Below are positions 20,484-30,724 of a stretch of 64,000 nucleotides of DNA, one piece after another. The stretch spans positions 4,896,001 through 4,960,000 of the forward strand of contig OZ220741.1 of the NCBI GenBank assembly GCA_965116885.1, given 5' to 3'. A model generated the notes under the pieces. The model was given only the letters and a program-made list of their open reading frames with translations. It did not search any database and was not told where the DNA came from. This DNA comes from Candidatus Latescibacterota bacterium (lineage in GTDB: Bacteria > Latescibacterota > UBA2968). The position numbers and the translations under genes were made by a program. Positions within the stretch are counted from its first letter, which is position 1. The number at the start of each line of letters is the position of its first letter.

Positions 20484-20719
20484 GCTTTTTCCCCTTTAAA
20501 AGCAGACGCCAGGTCCTTGGGTAGTGTATCAAAATCAGCGGCTATTTGTACTCGACCACGCCACTGTCCGCCTTTGCGGGGACGGAGGATTTGCTCATAA
20601 GGAACCAGTCTTGCCACCGGTTTGCCCGCCTGTCCGATGACGATCTCTTCCCCCTGCAACACCTGTTCAATCAGCCGGGCAAGCTGGGTCTCAGCCTCGT
20701 ACATATTGGTGATCTGCAT
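20480..20719 (-). CDS. Phd/YefM family antitoxin
   Basis: 'NMYEAETQLARL...GEEIVI...GKPVARLVP'; 4-nt overlap with vapC. Confidence 0.88.
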   Translation of the reverse strand: MQITNMYEAETQLARLIEQVLQGEEIVIGQAGKPVARLVPYEQILRPRKGGQWRGRVQIAADFDTLPKDLASAFKGEKA

Positions 20720-20736
20720 AACAATAACCCTTTATT

Positions 20737-21375
20737 CTATCTAAAGAACACCGACACACCACCCTTCACAAAATGGCGTTTGATGCGATCTTCCCCAGCA
20801 AATAAGACCGAATACCCATACATCGCGGTCAGAGCCGTGTGTTTTGACAGCACCTGACGCGTACCTGCGCCACCGCCCAATTCACTAACATTGCCCCATC
20901 CCAAAAAATCGCGTGCAGCAAAGGCTTCTACAAACGGAAAAGTGCGCTTTTTAATTTGGATGGGAATATTCAACCGATAAAAACCCGACACCGAAGACCC
21001 AAACCCGTCATCCACAGTCAAATAACGCCCCCGAGCATCTATCGTTGCATTGTCCAGCGCGGGTATTAGATCATCCCGGTCGGGGGTATCGAGACCTGCG
21101 CGCCTATCGTATTGTCTATTGCCCGCGATAAAAGAACCGCCAATTTGATGCCATCGGCTAATCGAATAAGCCACTTGAACTCCCGCGCGATAGAACAGGC
21201 TACTACCTGAAAACCGAACAGACATAATCGGCGTCACTTCCAATTGCCCCGCGCGAATAGGACCTATATTGATCCCTTCTCTACCCGTTTTTTCCTCTTC
21301 ACCAACCACATCGGCCCGAGCAGGTGCGCCCAACGCCAACAGCCCGGCAACCGTACATATCAGCCAGTATTTCAT
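20737..21375 (-). CDS. Exported protein, probable small outer-membrane beta-barrel
   Basis: Signal peptide (ARA), alternating beta strands, C-terminal 'GVSVFFR'. Confidence 0.6.
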   Translation of the reverse strand: MKYWLICTVAGLLALGAPARADVVGEEEKTGREGINIGPIRAGQLEVTPIMSVRFSGSSLFYRAGVQVAYSISRWHQIGGSFIAGNRQYDRRAGLDTPDRDDLIPALDNATIDARGRYLTVDDGFGSSVSGFYRLNIPIQIKKRTFPFVEAFAARDFLGWGNVSELGGGAGTRQVLSKHTALTAMYGYSVLFAGEDRIKRHFVKGGVSVFFR

Positions 21376-21582
21376 AGCGTCTCCTCCTGAAAGGTTCTAC
21401 CCCGGCACTTAGTCTAAAATATCCAAAAAAATCCCGACTGTCAACGGCTCTTGTTCACAGCCAATGTCGAGACACTGTGAACTTTTTGAAAACACGCATG
21501 TATTGACTTGACGTACCTTCGTATTCCCCATTAATTGTTGCGCTGGCACAAGTGCCACATTTTCTTTTTGGAAAGGACTCTC

Positions 21583-22563
21583 ATGGCAAAGAAGGCATTA
21601 ATCACCGGCATCACCGGACAAGACGGCTCTTATCTGGCAGAACTCCTGCTCGATAAGGGTTACGAAGTACACGGCATTGTCAGGCGCGTGGCTCTCGAAG
21701 ACCCCGAACACCGCCTCGGACGCATCACCCACTTGCAGCACAAAGTGGAACTCCATCCCGCATCACTCGAAAGCTTTCCCAGCATCTACAATGTCGTGCG
21801 TATCGTCCGCCCCGACGAGTGTTACCACCTCGCAGCGCAAAGCTTTGTCGATACCTCCTTCAAAGACGCATTTTCAACACTCAATATCAACATCAATGGC
21901 ACGCACTATGTCCTCGAAGCCCTCAATGAACTCGTGCCCGAATGTCGATTCTACTTTGCCGGATCGAGCGAGATGTTTGGCAAAGCCGAAGAAGTGCCCC
22001 AAACGGAAATCACGCGTTTTCATCCGCGCTCGCCCTACGGCATCTCCAAAGTCGCGGGATTTGACCTCACCCGCAACTATCGAGAAGCTTATGGCCTGTA
22101 CGCCGCCAGCGGCATCTTGTTCAACCACGAATCCCCTCGTCGGGGATTCGAATTTGTCACCCGCAAAATTACCTCCCACGTCGCGCGCATCCAACTCGGG
22201 CAAATCGGCCACCTGTCGCTCGGCAACCTCGATGCCAAACGCGACTGGGGGCACGCCCGCGAATACGTCAAAGCCATGTGGATAATGCTCCAACAAGACG
22301 CGCCCGATGATTATGTCATCGCAACCGGCGAAACCCATTCGGTACGCGAATTTTGCGAAATCGCCTTCTCACACGTCGGCCTCGACTATCGGGAACACGT
22401 TCAAATCGATCCGCGATTCTTGCGCCCGGCCGAAGTCGATCTGCTCATCGGCGATTGCACCAAAGCCAAGGACAAACTCAACTGGACTTACGATATAGGC
22501 TTTGAAGACCTCGTAAAAGAAATGGTTGACGCAGACCTCAGCTTTTTCTCAAAAAATTCATAA
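21583..22563 (+). CDS. gmd: GDP-mannose 4,6-dehydratase
   Basis: 'ALITGITGQDGSYLAELLL', 'FHPRSPYG', 'GILFNHESPRRG', 'RDWGHA'. Confidence 0.96.
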   Translation: MAKKALITGITGQDGSYLAELLLDKGYEVHGIVRRVALEDPEHRLGRITHLQHKVELHPASLESFPSIYNVVRIVRPDECYHLAAQSFVDTSFKDAFSTLNININGTHYVLEALNELVPECRFYFAGSSEMFGKAEEVPQTEITRFHPRSPYGISKVAGFDLTRNYREAYGLYAASGILFNHESPRRGFEFVTRKITSHVARIQLGQIGHLSLGNLDAKRDWGHAREYVKAMWIMLQQDAPDDYVIATGETHSVREFCEIAFSHVGLDYREHVQIDPRFLRPAEVDLLIGDCTKAKDKLNWTYDIGFEDLVKEMVDADLSFFSKNS

Positions 22564-22580
22564 CCCAAAAGGAGCGTAAT

Positions 22581-23636
22581 ATGTCTCGCATCGGACGCGC
22601 CGCAGTGATGAGCGGCGAAAAATTTGAAATACGCGAATATCCCGTTCCCGATCCAGAACCGGGATCGATCCTGCTCAAACAAGAACTCGCCGGCATCTGT
22701 GGTACAGATCTGCACAACTGGGAATACCAGCGATTGCAGGGCGAGATCATTCTCGGCCACGAAAATGTCGGCATCATCGACAGCCTGGGATCCGGTGTAG
22801 AAACCGATTATCTGGGCAATCCCATCGCACCCGGAGATCGGGTTCTCTTCGCACCCGGTACAAATAAGGGCGCATACGGTTTTCTACAAGCCGAAGAAGC
22901 CCCTTATTTGCGGGGCGGCTTTGGCGAATACATCTACCTGTGGAACCCCGATTCAGTCGTGCTCAAAACTGATATGCCCGCCGAAGTTGCGGTCATCACC
23001 GAGCCTTTTACCATTGGCGTACACGGCGCAATGCGTTCCGGCTTGCAATTTGGCGACACCGTCGTCGTACAGGGATCGGGAGCCATTGGCCTGCTCACAC
23101 TCGTCGCCGCCAAAGTCAGCGGAGCTGGGCGGCTTATCATGGTCGGCGGTCCCAAAGGCCGTCTGGAACTGGCAGAGCGACTCGGCGCAGACCTCACCAT
23201 CGACATTGCCGATATACCCGATCCTGAAGAACGCACGAAAATTGTGCGCGAAAATACACCCCGAGGCGCAGGCGCCGATGTCGTCTTTGAATGCGCGGGA
23301 TTTTTGCCCGCCATTCCCGAAGGCGTCACATTCCTGCGACACAGCGGCACCTATGTCGCCATGGGCCATTTTGTCGATGTGGGATCTTTTGACTGCAACC
23401 CCAACCAGATGTTTATGCGCCGCAACATGCGCCTCGAAGCCGTGTGGGCAAGCGCGCCCGAACACTTTGTGCGCGCACTCCCCATCCTCGAGCGAAACGA
23501 ATACGCCTTTGCCGACCTCGTCAGCCACACCATACCCATTGACCGCGTAGCCGAAGGATTCAACGCCCTGCACAGCGGATACCATCTCGACGGCAAAGAC
23601 GCGATTAAAATTGCAGTAAAAGGCGGATTGGTATAA
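22581..23636 (+). CDS. Zinc-binding (MDR) dehydrogenase
   Basis: 'GICGTDLH', 'LGHE', 'GSGAIG'; the 4-Cys structural zinc lobe is absent. Confidence 0.88.
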   Translation: MSRIGRAAVMSGEKFEIREYPVPDPEPGSILLKQELAGICGTDLHNWEYQRLQGEIILGHENVGIIDSLGSGVETDYLGNPIAPGDRVLFAPGTNKGAYGFLQAEEAPYLRGGFGEYIYLWNPDSVVLKTDMPAEVAVITEPFTIGVHGAMRSGLQFGDTVVVQGSGAIGLLTLVAAKVSGAGRLIMVGGPKGRLELAERLGADLTIDIADIPDPEERTKIVRENTPRGAGADVVFECAGFLPAIPEGVTFLRHSGTYVAMGHFVDVGSFDCNPNQMFMRRNMRLEAVWASAPEHFVRALPILERNEYAFADLVSHTIPIDRVAEGFNALHSGYHLDGKDAIKIAVKGGLV

Positions 23637-23650
23637 AGCAATTATAAAAT

Positions 23651-23688
23651 AAAAAACGGCGATGGACATAAATCCACCGCCGTTTTTT
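23651..23688. terminator. Bidirectional terminator between convergent genes
   Basis: aaaaaacggcgatgga...tccaccgccgtttttt. Confidence 0.8.
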
Positions 23689-23702
23689 GGTTTAAGGGTT
23701 AA

Positions 23703-24824
23703 TCAGAAACTGATCGCGGCACTCACCATCTGCACGGGATCGGTGAAAGACGTATTGAAATGCTTGAACGCATAATCAATGCGAACGCCTTTCCCGGCCT
23801 CGGTTTTGTAATCAATACCGGCACCGAACGAATAATCTTCCAGGTCGTGGTTGTTCTTATACCCACCGCGCAGGGCAAAACCCATCGCAGAGGTCGCCTG
23901 CTTGAACCGATATTCTACACCCACAAGCGTGCGCTCGTCGAAATCTATCGGACTGTGGATCTCAGTGACCAGATTCAGATGATGCGGCACAGGGGTTCGG
24001 CCAAACGTCGAAATCAGATCGAAGACAAAACCCAGGCGGAACGACCGGGGCAACTCGAAATGCTCGCGCTGAAACTGAGATTCCCCTCCCGGACTGAAAT
24101 TCCGCACACTCATAGCAATCACCAGATTCCGGAATCCCGTATTGAAGTAGGTCCCGATATCCACGGCAAAAGCATTGAGATCATTCGACTGCGTTTGCCG
24201 ACTACCAGCGACAAAGACCTCACTCGATCCCAGCCCCTGATGGGCAAAACGCGCCATTGCTCCTACCGAGAATCGATCCGTGATCTGAAAACCCCAGCCT
24301 GCGGACAGGGCGTAATTCGTCGTGGTAAATGTACCCGTCTCGGTGAATCCCACACTGGCGGGATCGGGATTGATCGCAGTACCATTAATCTCTCCCGCGC
24401 TGTGCGTGATAAAGCCCACGCCAAAGGTACCGGGTGCATTTGGAATTTTGAAAACCGCGCCAGCAACCTGGTGATTTGTCTCAAAAATCCACCTGGCATA
24501 AGAAAAAAACGCTTGCCGTTCGTGTACAAAACCCAGCAACCCCGGATTGAGAAACACCGCACCCGACGCATCGCCTATCAGACCCGCGCCTGCATCGGCC
24601 ATCGCGGCTCGCCGCGCATCTGTGGAAAATCCGAGAAACACAAAACCGCTCTGCGCGGATTTCACGCCCGAAGGTCTAACTTCTTCCTGATTGGGATAAA
24701 TGGGTTCCAGATCGCGAATCTTTTCGCCGCCGAGAACCCGGGGATCTTCAAATTGTGCATTGGCCTGCACGCCGGAAAGGACGAATGCCAGCAGACAGAC
24801 CCAGATAATATTATGTAATTTCAC
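23703..24824 (-). CDS. PorV/PorQ-like (FadL-type) outer-membrane barrel
   Basis: 'FLGFSTDARRAAMADA', 'VFLNPGLL', 'AVDIGTYF', 'LPRSFRLG', 'IDYAF', C-terminal Phe. Confidence 0.8.
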   Translation of the reverse strand: MKLHNIIWVCLLAFVLSGVQANAQFEDPRVLGGEKIRDLEPIYPNQEEVRPSGVKSAQSGFVFLGFSTDARRAAMADAGAGLIGDASGAVFLNPGLLGFVHERQAFFSYARWIFETNHQVAGAVFKIPNAPGTFGVGFITHSAGEINGTAINPDPASVGFTETGTFTTTNYALSAGWGFQITDRFSVGAMARFAHQGLGSSEVFVAGSRQTQSNDLNAFAVDIGTYFNTGFRNLVIAMSVRNFSPGGESQFQREHFELPRSFRLGFVFDLISTFGRTPVPHHLNLVTEIHSPIDFDERTLVGVEYRFKQATSAMGFALRGGYKNNHDLEDYSFGAGIDYKTEAGKGVRIDYAFKHFNTSFTDPVQMVSAAISF

Positions 24825-24850
24825 AACAGCCTCCTCGTCTGAATGCGAGC

Positions 24851-27070
24851 CTATCGAATAACCACGAACTTCTCGATATCGGTTTCGCCCGTGTCGGGAT
24901 TGGTAATATGCGCTACGTACACGCCACTCACAATGAACTGGTTGTTGTCATTTGCCATCAACGGCCACTCCTCGTCGCCCGAACCCGAAACGTGATCAAT
25001 GCGCGTAACCAGGTCGCCCTGAAGCGTAAAGATCCGGATAATAGCCCGAGCGGGCAGATTCACAAAGAGCAACTTGTTGGGCTGCCCCGTGAAGTTAAAA
25101 CCGCCATCCGACAAATTACCACCCAAAATACTGTAGGGATTGGGCACGACGCGAACGCTTGTCAGATCGTTGACAGGAGCCGAAAATGGACTCACGCCAT
25201 CGCCGAGACCACGCGTGGCAAAAATACTGCTCTCTTGCCCATCGGCATCCACAGCCGTAACCGCGTAGAAATACCGCTCGCCGCGCACGACATCTGTGTC
25301 GATATGGCTGGTTCCCGTAATGAGCGTATTGCCATTGACCGGTATTGGCGGGTCGGGCAAATTGGTTTGATGACCGACCATCTTGTAGAGATTGTAACCC
25401 ACGGCATCGGAAACCGCTGACCATTCGATCTCATTTTGCGCGGGACCCGATTTGTAAGCCACATTGGAAGGCCACGACGGACCGAGGGGAAGACTCGGCG
25501 CCATCCCGATGGGCCACGACACTTCCTTGCCCTGCACAGTGCCGTTGACCGTGCGGCGATTTGCCCATGCCTGTCGCGCCAGTTCCACGCCCTGCATCAG
25601 CGAGTCTTGACCGCTATTGAGAAAAGCCTCTTTCTGCTCAAAGGAAATCGAACCATTGGCCCACTGCGCGCCAACGCGCTTGTTCTCATCTGTATGTGGA
25701 CCAGCTATGACCCAGGCTTCTACGATATGAACCCATTCCCCGGGTTTCATATCCCACGGTCCCCAGGTCATCTGAAATGCCCACATATCGACAGACGTGG
25801 GTTGGTGGTCGGGGGCGTCACTCTGGAAAATGCGTTGATCGCGCGTCGTCCCCGGCTCCACTATGAAGTCATAGACTTCGGCGCGGGCATTTCCATCTGA
25901 CGAGACCCAGTTGGAACCATTGACGCGCTTTATCAAACGGGGTTGAGAAGTTTCAGAGTTCGGGTCGTTGATAAACCAGTTGTTCCCATCGGACAAATCT
26001 TCAAAAGTCGTGGGATTTTGCGAGACGTAGAGCCAGACCTTGCCCTTGTATTCGGACTCTAAAAACTCGCCAGACGAGATCCGCGCTGCCTTGGCCAGTT
26101 CGAGAGCCCCGTGACCTTCAGCAGGTGCGGGTTCGCCGCGATCATCGCCATCCGGACGATATCCAGCTTTGTTGGCTGAATCGGCGTCTCGCGCATAGAA
26201 GAGCTTTTGCTCGTCGTCGTAAAAATAAAGCTCATCCCATTCGCCGAGCGCGCCGAGATTTGCCGTGAAGTGGCGTGCACCTACCTCTACTGCGCCCTCA
26301 TTCCGCACCTCGCCGGCCGGACCTTGCCCACCGCCTCTCTGGATATACGCGTTTTGCCCGATATATAGATTCTTAAACACCGGATTTGCCGTGCTCGACT
26401 CGGGGCTCGGCGCAGACCCGCGCGCGCCTACTCTTGAATCGGGAACATTGGGCGGATCGGGACGGCCATAACTCCGGATCAGAATAAACATCTCATCCTG
26501 CTCTGGACTTTGCCAAGCATAGAGCCTGCGCCGCTCCGTGAGACCACCCGCATACCCCACTTCGAGCGGGATTAACAGATCGGCAGTCAGATCTGGGATC
26601 ACCTGATCGAGGCGGTCGGGAAAAATTGTCCACAGCGTCTGCGACAAATTCACGCCATCCTGCGTAACAGTTGGCGGCTGGTTGCGATAAATTTTTGGCG
26701 TAAGACCATCGCCGAGTTCAAAATGCGTGCGCGTAAAATCTCGCGCGTCTTCCTTATAGTCATTTACAAATTTTGTAAATGGCTTGCCCAACAACTCGGG
26801 CTGGTCGCCCTGAAATGGTTCAAAATAGGAAGGAACATTAAAATCTTCTATGGCAAACTGCCACCACCCGTCCATCACCTGCGCATTTACAGTACGGACA
26901 TCGGGATTGGTGACGCCCGTCGCCCGTCCACCTGGGGAATTCATGACGACAAAATAGTCGATACTGGGCCAGGACCCCCACATCCTTCCGATCCATTGTG
27001 CGCTGGCATCGCTCAATGGCATGAGCAAAGCAGCGAACACCAGAAGTGTTGTAAATCGTCTTTGTATCAC
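24851..27070 (-). CDS. Secreted protein with FN3-like domain and T9SS-like C-terminal domain
   Basis: Signal peptide (ASA-Q); 'GYNLYK...YFYAVTAVD'; 'VRVVPNPY...LLFVNLP..AIIRIFTLQGDLV...SGVYV...KFVVIR'. Confidence 0.75.
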   Translation of the reverse strand: MIQRRFTTLLVFAALLMPLSDASAQWIGRMWGSWPSIDYFVVMNSPGGRATGVTNPDVRTVNAQVMDGWWQFAIEDFNVPSYFEPFQGDQPELLGKPFTKFVNDYKEDARDFTRTHFELGDGLTPKIYRNQPPTVTQDGVNLSQTLWTIFPDRLDQVIPDLTADLLIPLEVGYAGGLTERRRLYAWQSPEQDEMFILIRSYGRPDPPNVPDSRVGARGSAPSPESSTANPVFKNLYIGQNAYIQRGGGQGPAGEVRNEGAVEVGARHFTANLGALGEWDELYFYDDEQKLFYARDADSANKAGYRPDGDDRGEPAPAEGHGALELAKAARISSGEFLESEYKGKVWLYVSQNPTTFEDLSDGNNWFINDPNSETSQPRLIKRVNGSNWVSSDGNARAEVYDFIVEPGTTRDQRIFQSDAPDHQPTSVDMWAFQMTWGPWDMKPGEWVHIVEAWVIAGPHTDENKRVGAQWANGSISFEQKEAFLNSGQDSLMQGVELARQAWANRRTVNGTVQGKEVSWPIGMAPSLPLGPSWPSNVAYKSGPAQNEIEWSAVSDAVGYNLYKMVGHQTNLPDPPIPVNGNTLITGTSHIDTDVVRGERYFYAVTAVDADGQESSIFATRGLGDGVSPFSAPVNDLTSVRVVPNPYSILGGNLSDGGFNFTGQPNKLLFVNLPARAIIRIFTLQGDLVTRIDHVSGSGDEEWPLMANDNNQFIVSGVYVAHITNPDTGETDIEKFVVIR

Positions 27071-27088
27071 ATTTCTCTCCTATACATT

Positions 27089-27155
27089 AAAAGAAAAAGA
27101 TGCCCTCCCAGCCCTTCCCCGCACAGGCGAAGCCCAAACGGGGAAGGAGGGGCAG
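27089..27155 (-). terminator. Intra-operon stem-loop after the TBDR gene
   Basis: ccttccccg / cggggaagg stem with an extended outer stem; A-rich run on + gives a U-tract on -. Confidence 0.55.
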
Positions 27156-27179
27156 ATCCCAAGAAATTAGAATAGCTTC

Positions 27180-30100
27180 TTAGAAACTAAACCTGGCGCC
27201 AAACGTAATGTCTCGCCGGTCACTAAAGAGGAGCGAAGGACGTCGCATATCCGGGAAATCCAAGACATCGGTACCCGGTCGCTTGCCTTCTTGCAACTTG
27301 CCATTTGAATCTACCGTCCAGCCTATCGATTCCATGTACGCGCGGAAGCGGTTGCCAGTACTCGTGCCTTGATATACAAAGGCCTGGCCACCGCCGAAGC
27401 TCCCCACGCCTCCTCTGGGTGTATCTTCGGGCGCAGTCCCAAAAATGTCGGTGCGATTGCCGCCGCCCAGGGTGTGCGTATTTTGGAAGTTGAGCGGGTT
27501 GGAAATTTCTATGAACAGCATAGGCGATCCCGGCATATCGAACATCTTGGAAATACGCAGGTGCGCGGCATATTCATCAACCCACTGCGCGTTGAGCACA
27601 TTGATCAGCGAAGCATCTGCATTGCCCGGGTTGTAGTTAAACCACTCTCCCGCCTCGCGATCAAAGTAGAAACCGAGATTCCAGCCGCCCTTGAGCAGAC
27701 GCTGTTCGCCGCCGTAATCGAGGGGCGTTCGGAAATTGCCGCCCAACTTTATCTGGGGCTTTGCCTTGAATGGCGGCGCGGCATTGTTCGGGCTACTCTC
27801 AAGCACAGTTCTCGAAGGCGTTGAAACCGTCTTCGCATCGCGGATATCTTGCCACGCAGTGTTGCGAACCCGCGCCTGGCGAATATCATAAGACAAGAAA
27901 CCGGTAAAGAACTGGCCCCGCGTCTTCTGCAACTTCAACTCCAGCCCGCGCGCATCAGTCACAAAGGCATTTTGCGTGTTGCGAGGCGCACCCGTATTAA
28001 ATGCGCCCCTGATCCGCACGGCAGGCCAGGCTTCGTTCTCGCCATCTTTGAAATAAACCGTTCCCGTCAAAAGATACTGACCCTGGAAGCTGCGTTCATA
28101 TCCCATTTCATACTGAATCGTGCGCTCCATCTTCATCCACGGATTGCCAAAAAACTCCAGCGACTGTCCCAAACCGCTCTGCGTGCGATACATATCGCGC
28201 GTATTCACAATCTGGTTAAAGTGCCCGTAGTTGATGAACATTTTGCTCAAATCCGTAATCGGATAAGACGCGCCAAAACGGGGGCTGAAAGCCCAATCGG
28301 TTGGCGGGCGCACCTTGCGCACCGCGCGATAAACAGCTTCGGCATCTCTGCCAAACCACGGGAAATGGGTTTCATTGGGAAGGTCGAAGTAAAGGTCGGG
28401 ACGATGCCAATCCAGACGAACACCGGCATTGACCACGATATCGCGATACTCCATCCTGTCCTGGAAAAAGACACCGCCGAAGATCGGGGTTTTCACAAAA
28501 TAGTTGTTGTGGTCACCCGTCGCGCCGCCCGAAGGCACATCGGATTCATTGAAAACGCCATCCCCGTTGATATCGCCACCGTTGGGCAAGTCCGGATCGC
28601 TGCGTCCGGTCCACGGAAAGATCACGTCGTCGGTTGAACTGACGCGCGGGCCTTCGTATTCATCCCTGTAAATGGGATCGCTGAATTCGGGAACTGCGGC
28701 TGGCACCATACCCCGGTTTTCGTGCAAATTGAAATGATGCACCTGAACACCGGCTTTAATCTGGTGATGCGGGGTAATCTGGCTGGTGAAATCAGCCGTA
28801 ATATCGAGATCATCCATGGTGGACCAGTCGCCTGCACGGCTATTGCCGCCACCGCCCTGCATGCGGAAAAGATTGAGAATATCATTGCCACCGGGCTTGT
28901 AATTCCAGCCAAAGGGTGCTTCGTTTAGAACCACGGCACCCCGCGCTCTGGCCGCATCGGCACTATTCTCATCGACCGGTTCCATCGAACCATCTGTATG
29001 GATAGCCATTGCGGGCGCATTGGTCAGTTTTTGCGGATGCCATTGCGTGGTCCAATCCGCACCGCCAAATCGCGCCGTCAAGTTGTAAAACGTCTTGGCA
29101 GACAAAGTGTGTGTCCAGGAGACCAACCCGTGATTGCGCTCAATTTGCATCTTCTGGAATTCGGCAGCGGGCATAAACATGCGCGAATGGTTATAGTTCT
29201 CAAAAACCGCCTGCTGTGTGCGCTGTGGCACGCCCACATTATTGCCCTGATGGCTCCCGTGCTGGAAGCCCCGGATATACTGCACACTCAATTTGGTCGT
29301 GGCAGTGGGGGTAAACGTCAGCTTGAGTTGTGTGGTATTGTCCCGATAAGAAACCGTGGCCACATCAAAGGGATAGGCCATGCGCTCCTTGCGGCTCGAC
29401 GCCGTGAACCCCACCTTGTCCTTCAAAATTGGGCCACCAACCGTAATATCCCACAAATAATCGTAATCGCGGTCTTCCGGGTTTGCGTTAAATGGACCGT
29501 CGGCATACGGGTCGTCTCCGTCATGACTGCGATGCTGCCAGGCCCATATCCCCCTGGCCTGCTCAACAGTGGTAATGGGATCCTTGCCACTTACGCCAGC
29601 CGTCCATTGTTTGCCACCGGCTGTGCGATTTGCGAGTTCCTGGTTCCAGCCAATAAAGTCCGGCTCGCCATCTCCATTGCGGTCTTCAGTAGGACTATTG
29701 GACTGAAAACGCCCCACATCCCACCAGTTTTCTTCAGAATAGAGATTTGGTCCAAAGTGCTTCTTGCCAGCGGGATTGTACGTGCCTTCTGCCGAAATAA
29801 AAAACTGGCTGGGTTCTTTGGTCACAAAGTTCACGACTCCACCGCGGATATTCCCGTATTCGGCATTAAAACCGCCTGTGAGCACCTGAACCTGCTTGAT
29901 CGCGGTCTTCGAAAAAGATGTATAAGCGCGCTGATGGCGATTGTCAGCCGCGGTCACGCCGTCCATATTAAAACCGATTTTCATGGCGTTTTCACCGCGA
30001 ATGGTAATACCCCATGCATCTTTATCTAACCCCACCTGTGTGGTGACTTGGTCCCGAATGCGCGCACCAACGGGAATTGTTTCGAGTTGCTCCTGCGTAA

Positions 30101-30530
30101 TCGCCTGCTGTGCATACGATACATCCATCTGCACGGGATCGAGATCGGCTGTCACCACAATAGCGTCCAACTCGACCGTCGATTCTTTGAGTTGGAAGTC
30201 AACCGTTGCAGTGCGATCTAAAAGCACTTCCACCTCGGTCTTGGAAACGCTCTGATAACCCACGAGGGAAGCCCGCACTTCGTAAATGCCTGGCGACACG
30301 CGCAAAATAAAATACTCGCCGTTGACATCGACCGTCGCGCCCATCTTTGTACCTACCACCACGACATTGGCCCCGGGCAACGGCTCGCCAGAATCTGCGT
30401 CTGTAACGCGCCCGGCGATCTTCCCCGTGGTCTGCGCATGCAACCCAACCGGCAAGGCAAGCAACACTGTACACAACAGTGCCACCCAAAATCCCGGCGG
30501 ACGAAAAACATCGCTGTAAACGTTCTTCAT
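27180..30530 (-). CDS. Large TonB-dependent receptor (CarboxypepD_reg-like N-terminus)
   Basis: 'TTGKIAGRVTDADSGEPLPGANV', 'LTGGFNAEYGN', 'FSPRFGASYPIT', C-terminal 'GARFSF'. Confidence 0.9.
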   Translation of the reverse strand: MKNVYSDVFRPPGFWVALLCTVLLALPVGLHAQTTGKIAGRVTDADSGEPLPGANVVVVGTKMGATVDVNGEYFILRVSPGIYEVRASLVGYQSVSKTEVEVLLDRTATVDFQLKESTVELDAIVVTADLDPVQMDVSYAQQAITQEQLETIPVGARIRDQVTTQVGLDKDAWGITIRGENAMKIGFNMDGVTAADNRHQRAYTSFSKTAIKQVQVLTGGFNAEYGNIRGGVVNFVTKEPSQFFISAEGTYNPAGKKHFGPNLYSEENWWDVGRFQSNSPTEDRNGDGEPDFIGWNQELANRTAGGKQWTAGVSGKDPITTVEQARGIWAWQHRSHDGDDPYADGPFNANPEDRDYDYLWDITVGGPILKDKVGFTASSRKERMAYPFDVATVSYRDNTTQLKLTFTPTATTKLSVQYIRGFQHGSHQGNNVGVPQRTQQAVFENYNHSRMFMPAAEFQKMQIERNHGLVSWTHTLSAKTFYNLTARFGGADWTTQWHPQKLTNAPAMAIHTDGSMEPVDENSADAARARGAVVLNEAPFGWNYKPGGNDILNLFRMQGGGGNSRAGDWSTMDDLDITADFTSQITPHHQIKAGVQVHHFNLHENRGMVPAAVPEFSDPIYRDEYEGPRVSSTDDVIFPWTGRSDPDLPNGGDINGDGVFNESDVPSGGATGDHNNYFVKTPIFGGVFFQDRMEYRDIVVNAGVRLDWHRPDLYFDLPNETHFPWFGRDAEAVYRAVRKVRPPTDWAFSPRFGASYPITDLSKMFINYGHFNQIVNTRDMYRTQSGLGQSLEFFGNPWMKMERTIQYEMGYERSFQGQYLLTGTVYFKDGENEAWPAVRIRGAFNTGAPRNTQNAFVTDARGLELKLQKTRGQFFTGFLSYDIRQARVRNTAWQDIRDAKTVSTPSRTVLESSPNNAAPPFKAKPQIKLGGNFRTPLDYGGEQRLLKGGWNLGFYFDREAGEWFNYNPGNADASLINVLNAQWVDEYAAHLRISKMFDMPGSPMLFIEISNPLNFQNTHTLGGGNRTDIFGTAPEDTPRGGVGSFGGGQAFVYQGTSTGNRFRAYMESIGWTVDSNGKLQEGKRPGTDVLDFPDMRRPSLLFSDRRDITFGARFSF

Positions 30531-30724
30531 AGCTCTACCTCCTTTAGGAGTGAAAAAACTGCGACGAAAAAACGATACTGTTTTATGATTCTATATGAAA
30601 TATAAGTTTATGGACTCCAATTCCCATTGTCAAGTGAAAGTTCACCCATTATCTTACAAAAAAATAAAGAATTTAGTAAATATCAAACCCCCGCGAAATC
30701 CACCCTTAAACAGGTCCTCGAAAA

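Noticed and set aside
21544..21557. TGGCAC upstream of gmd as a sigma-54 promoter
   Set aside because: No TTGC at -12; it is a short palindrome (tggcac-aa-gtgcca) of unknown relevance
21583..22563. Polysaccharide biosynthesis locus around gmd
   Set aside because: No fcl, glycosyltransferase or export genes adjacent; gmd stands alone here
23760..30029. Long plus-strand ORFs (23760-24818, 27849-28637, 28998-30029)
   Set aside because: Antisense shadows of the PorV-like and TBDR genes, with no motifs or RBS
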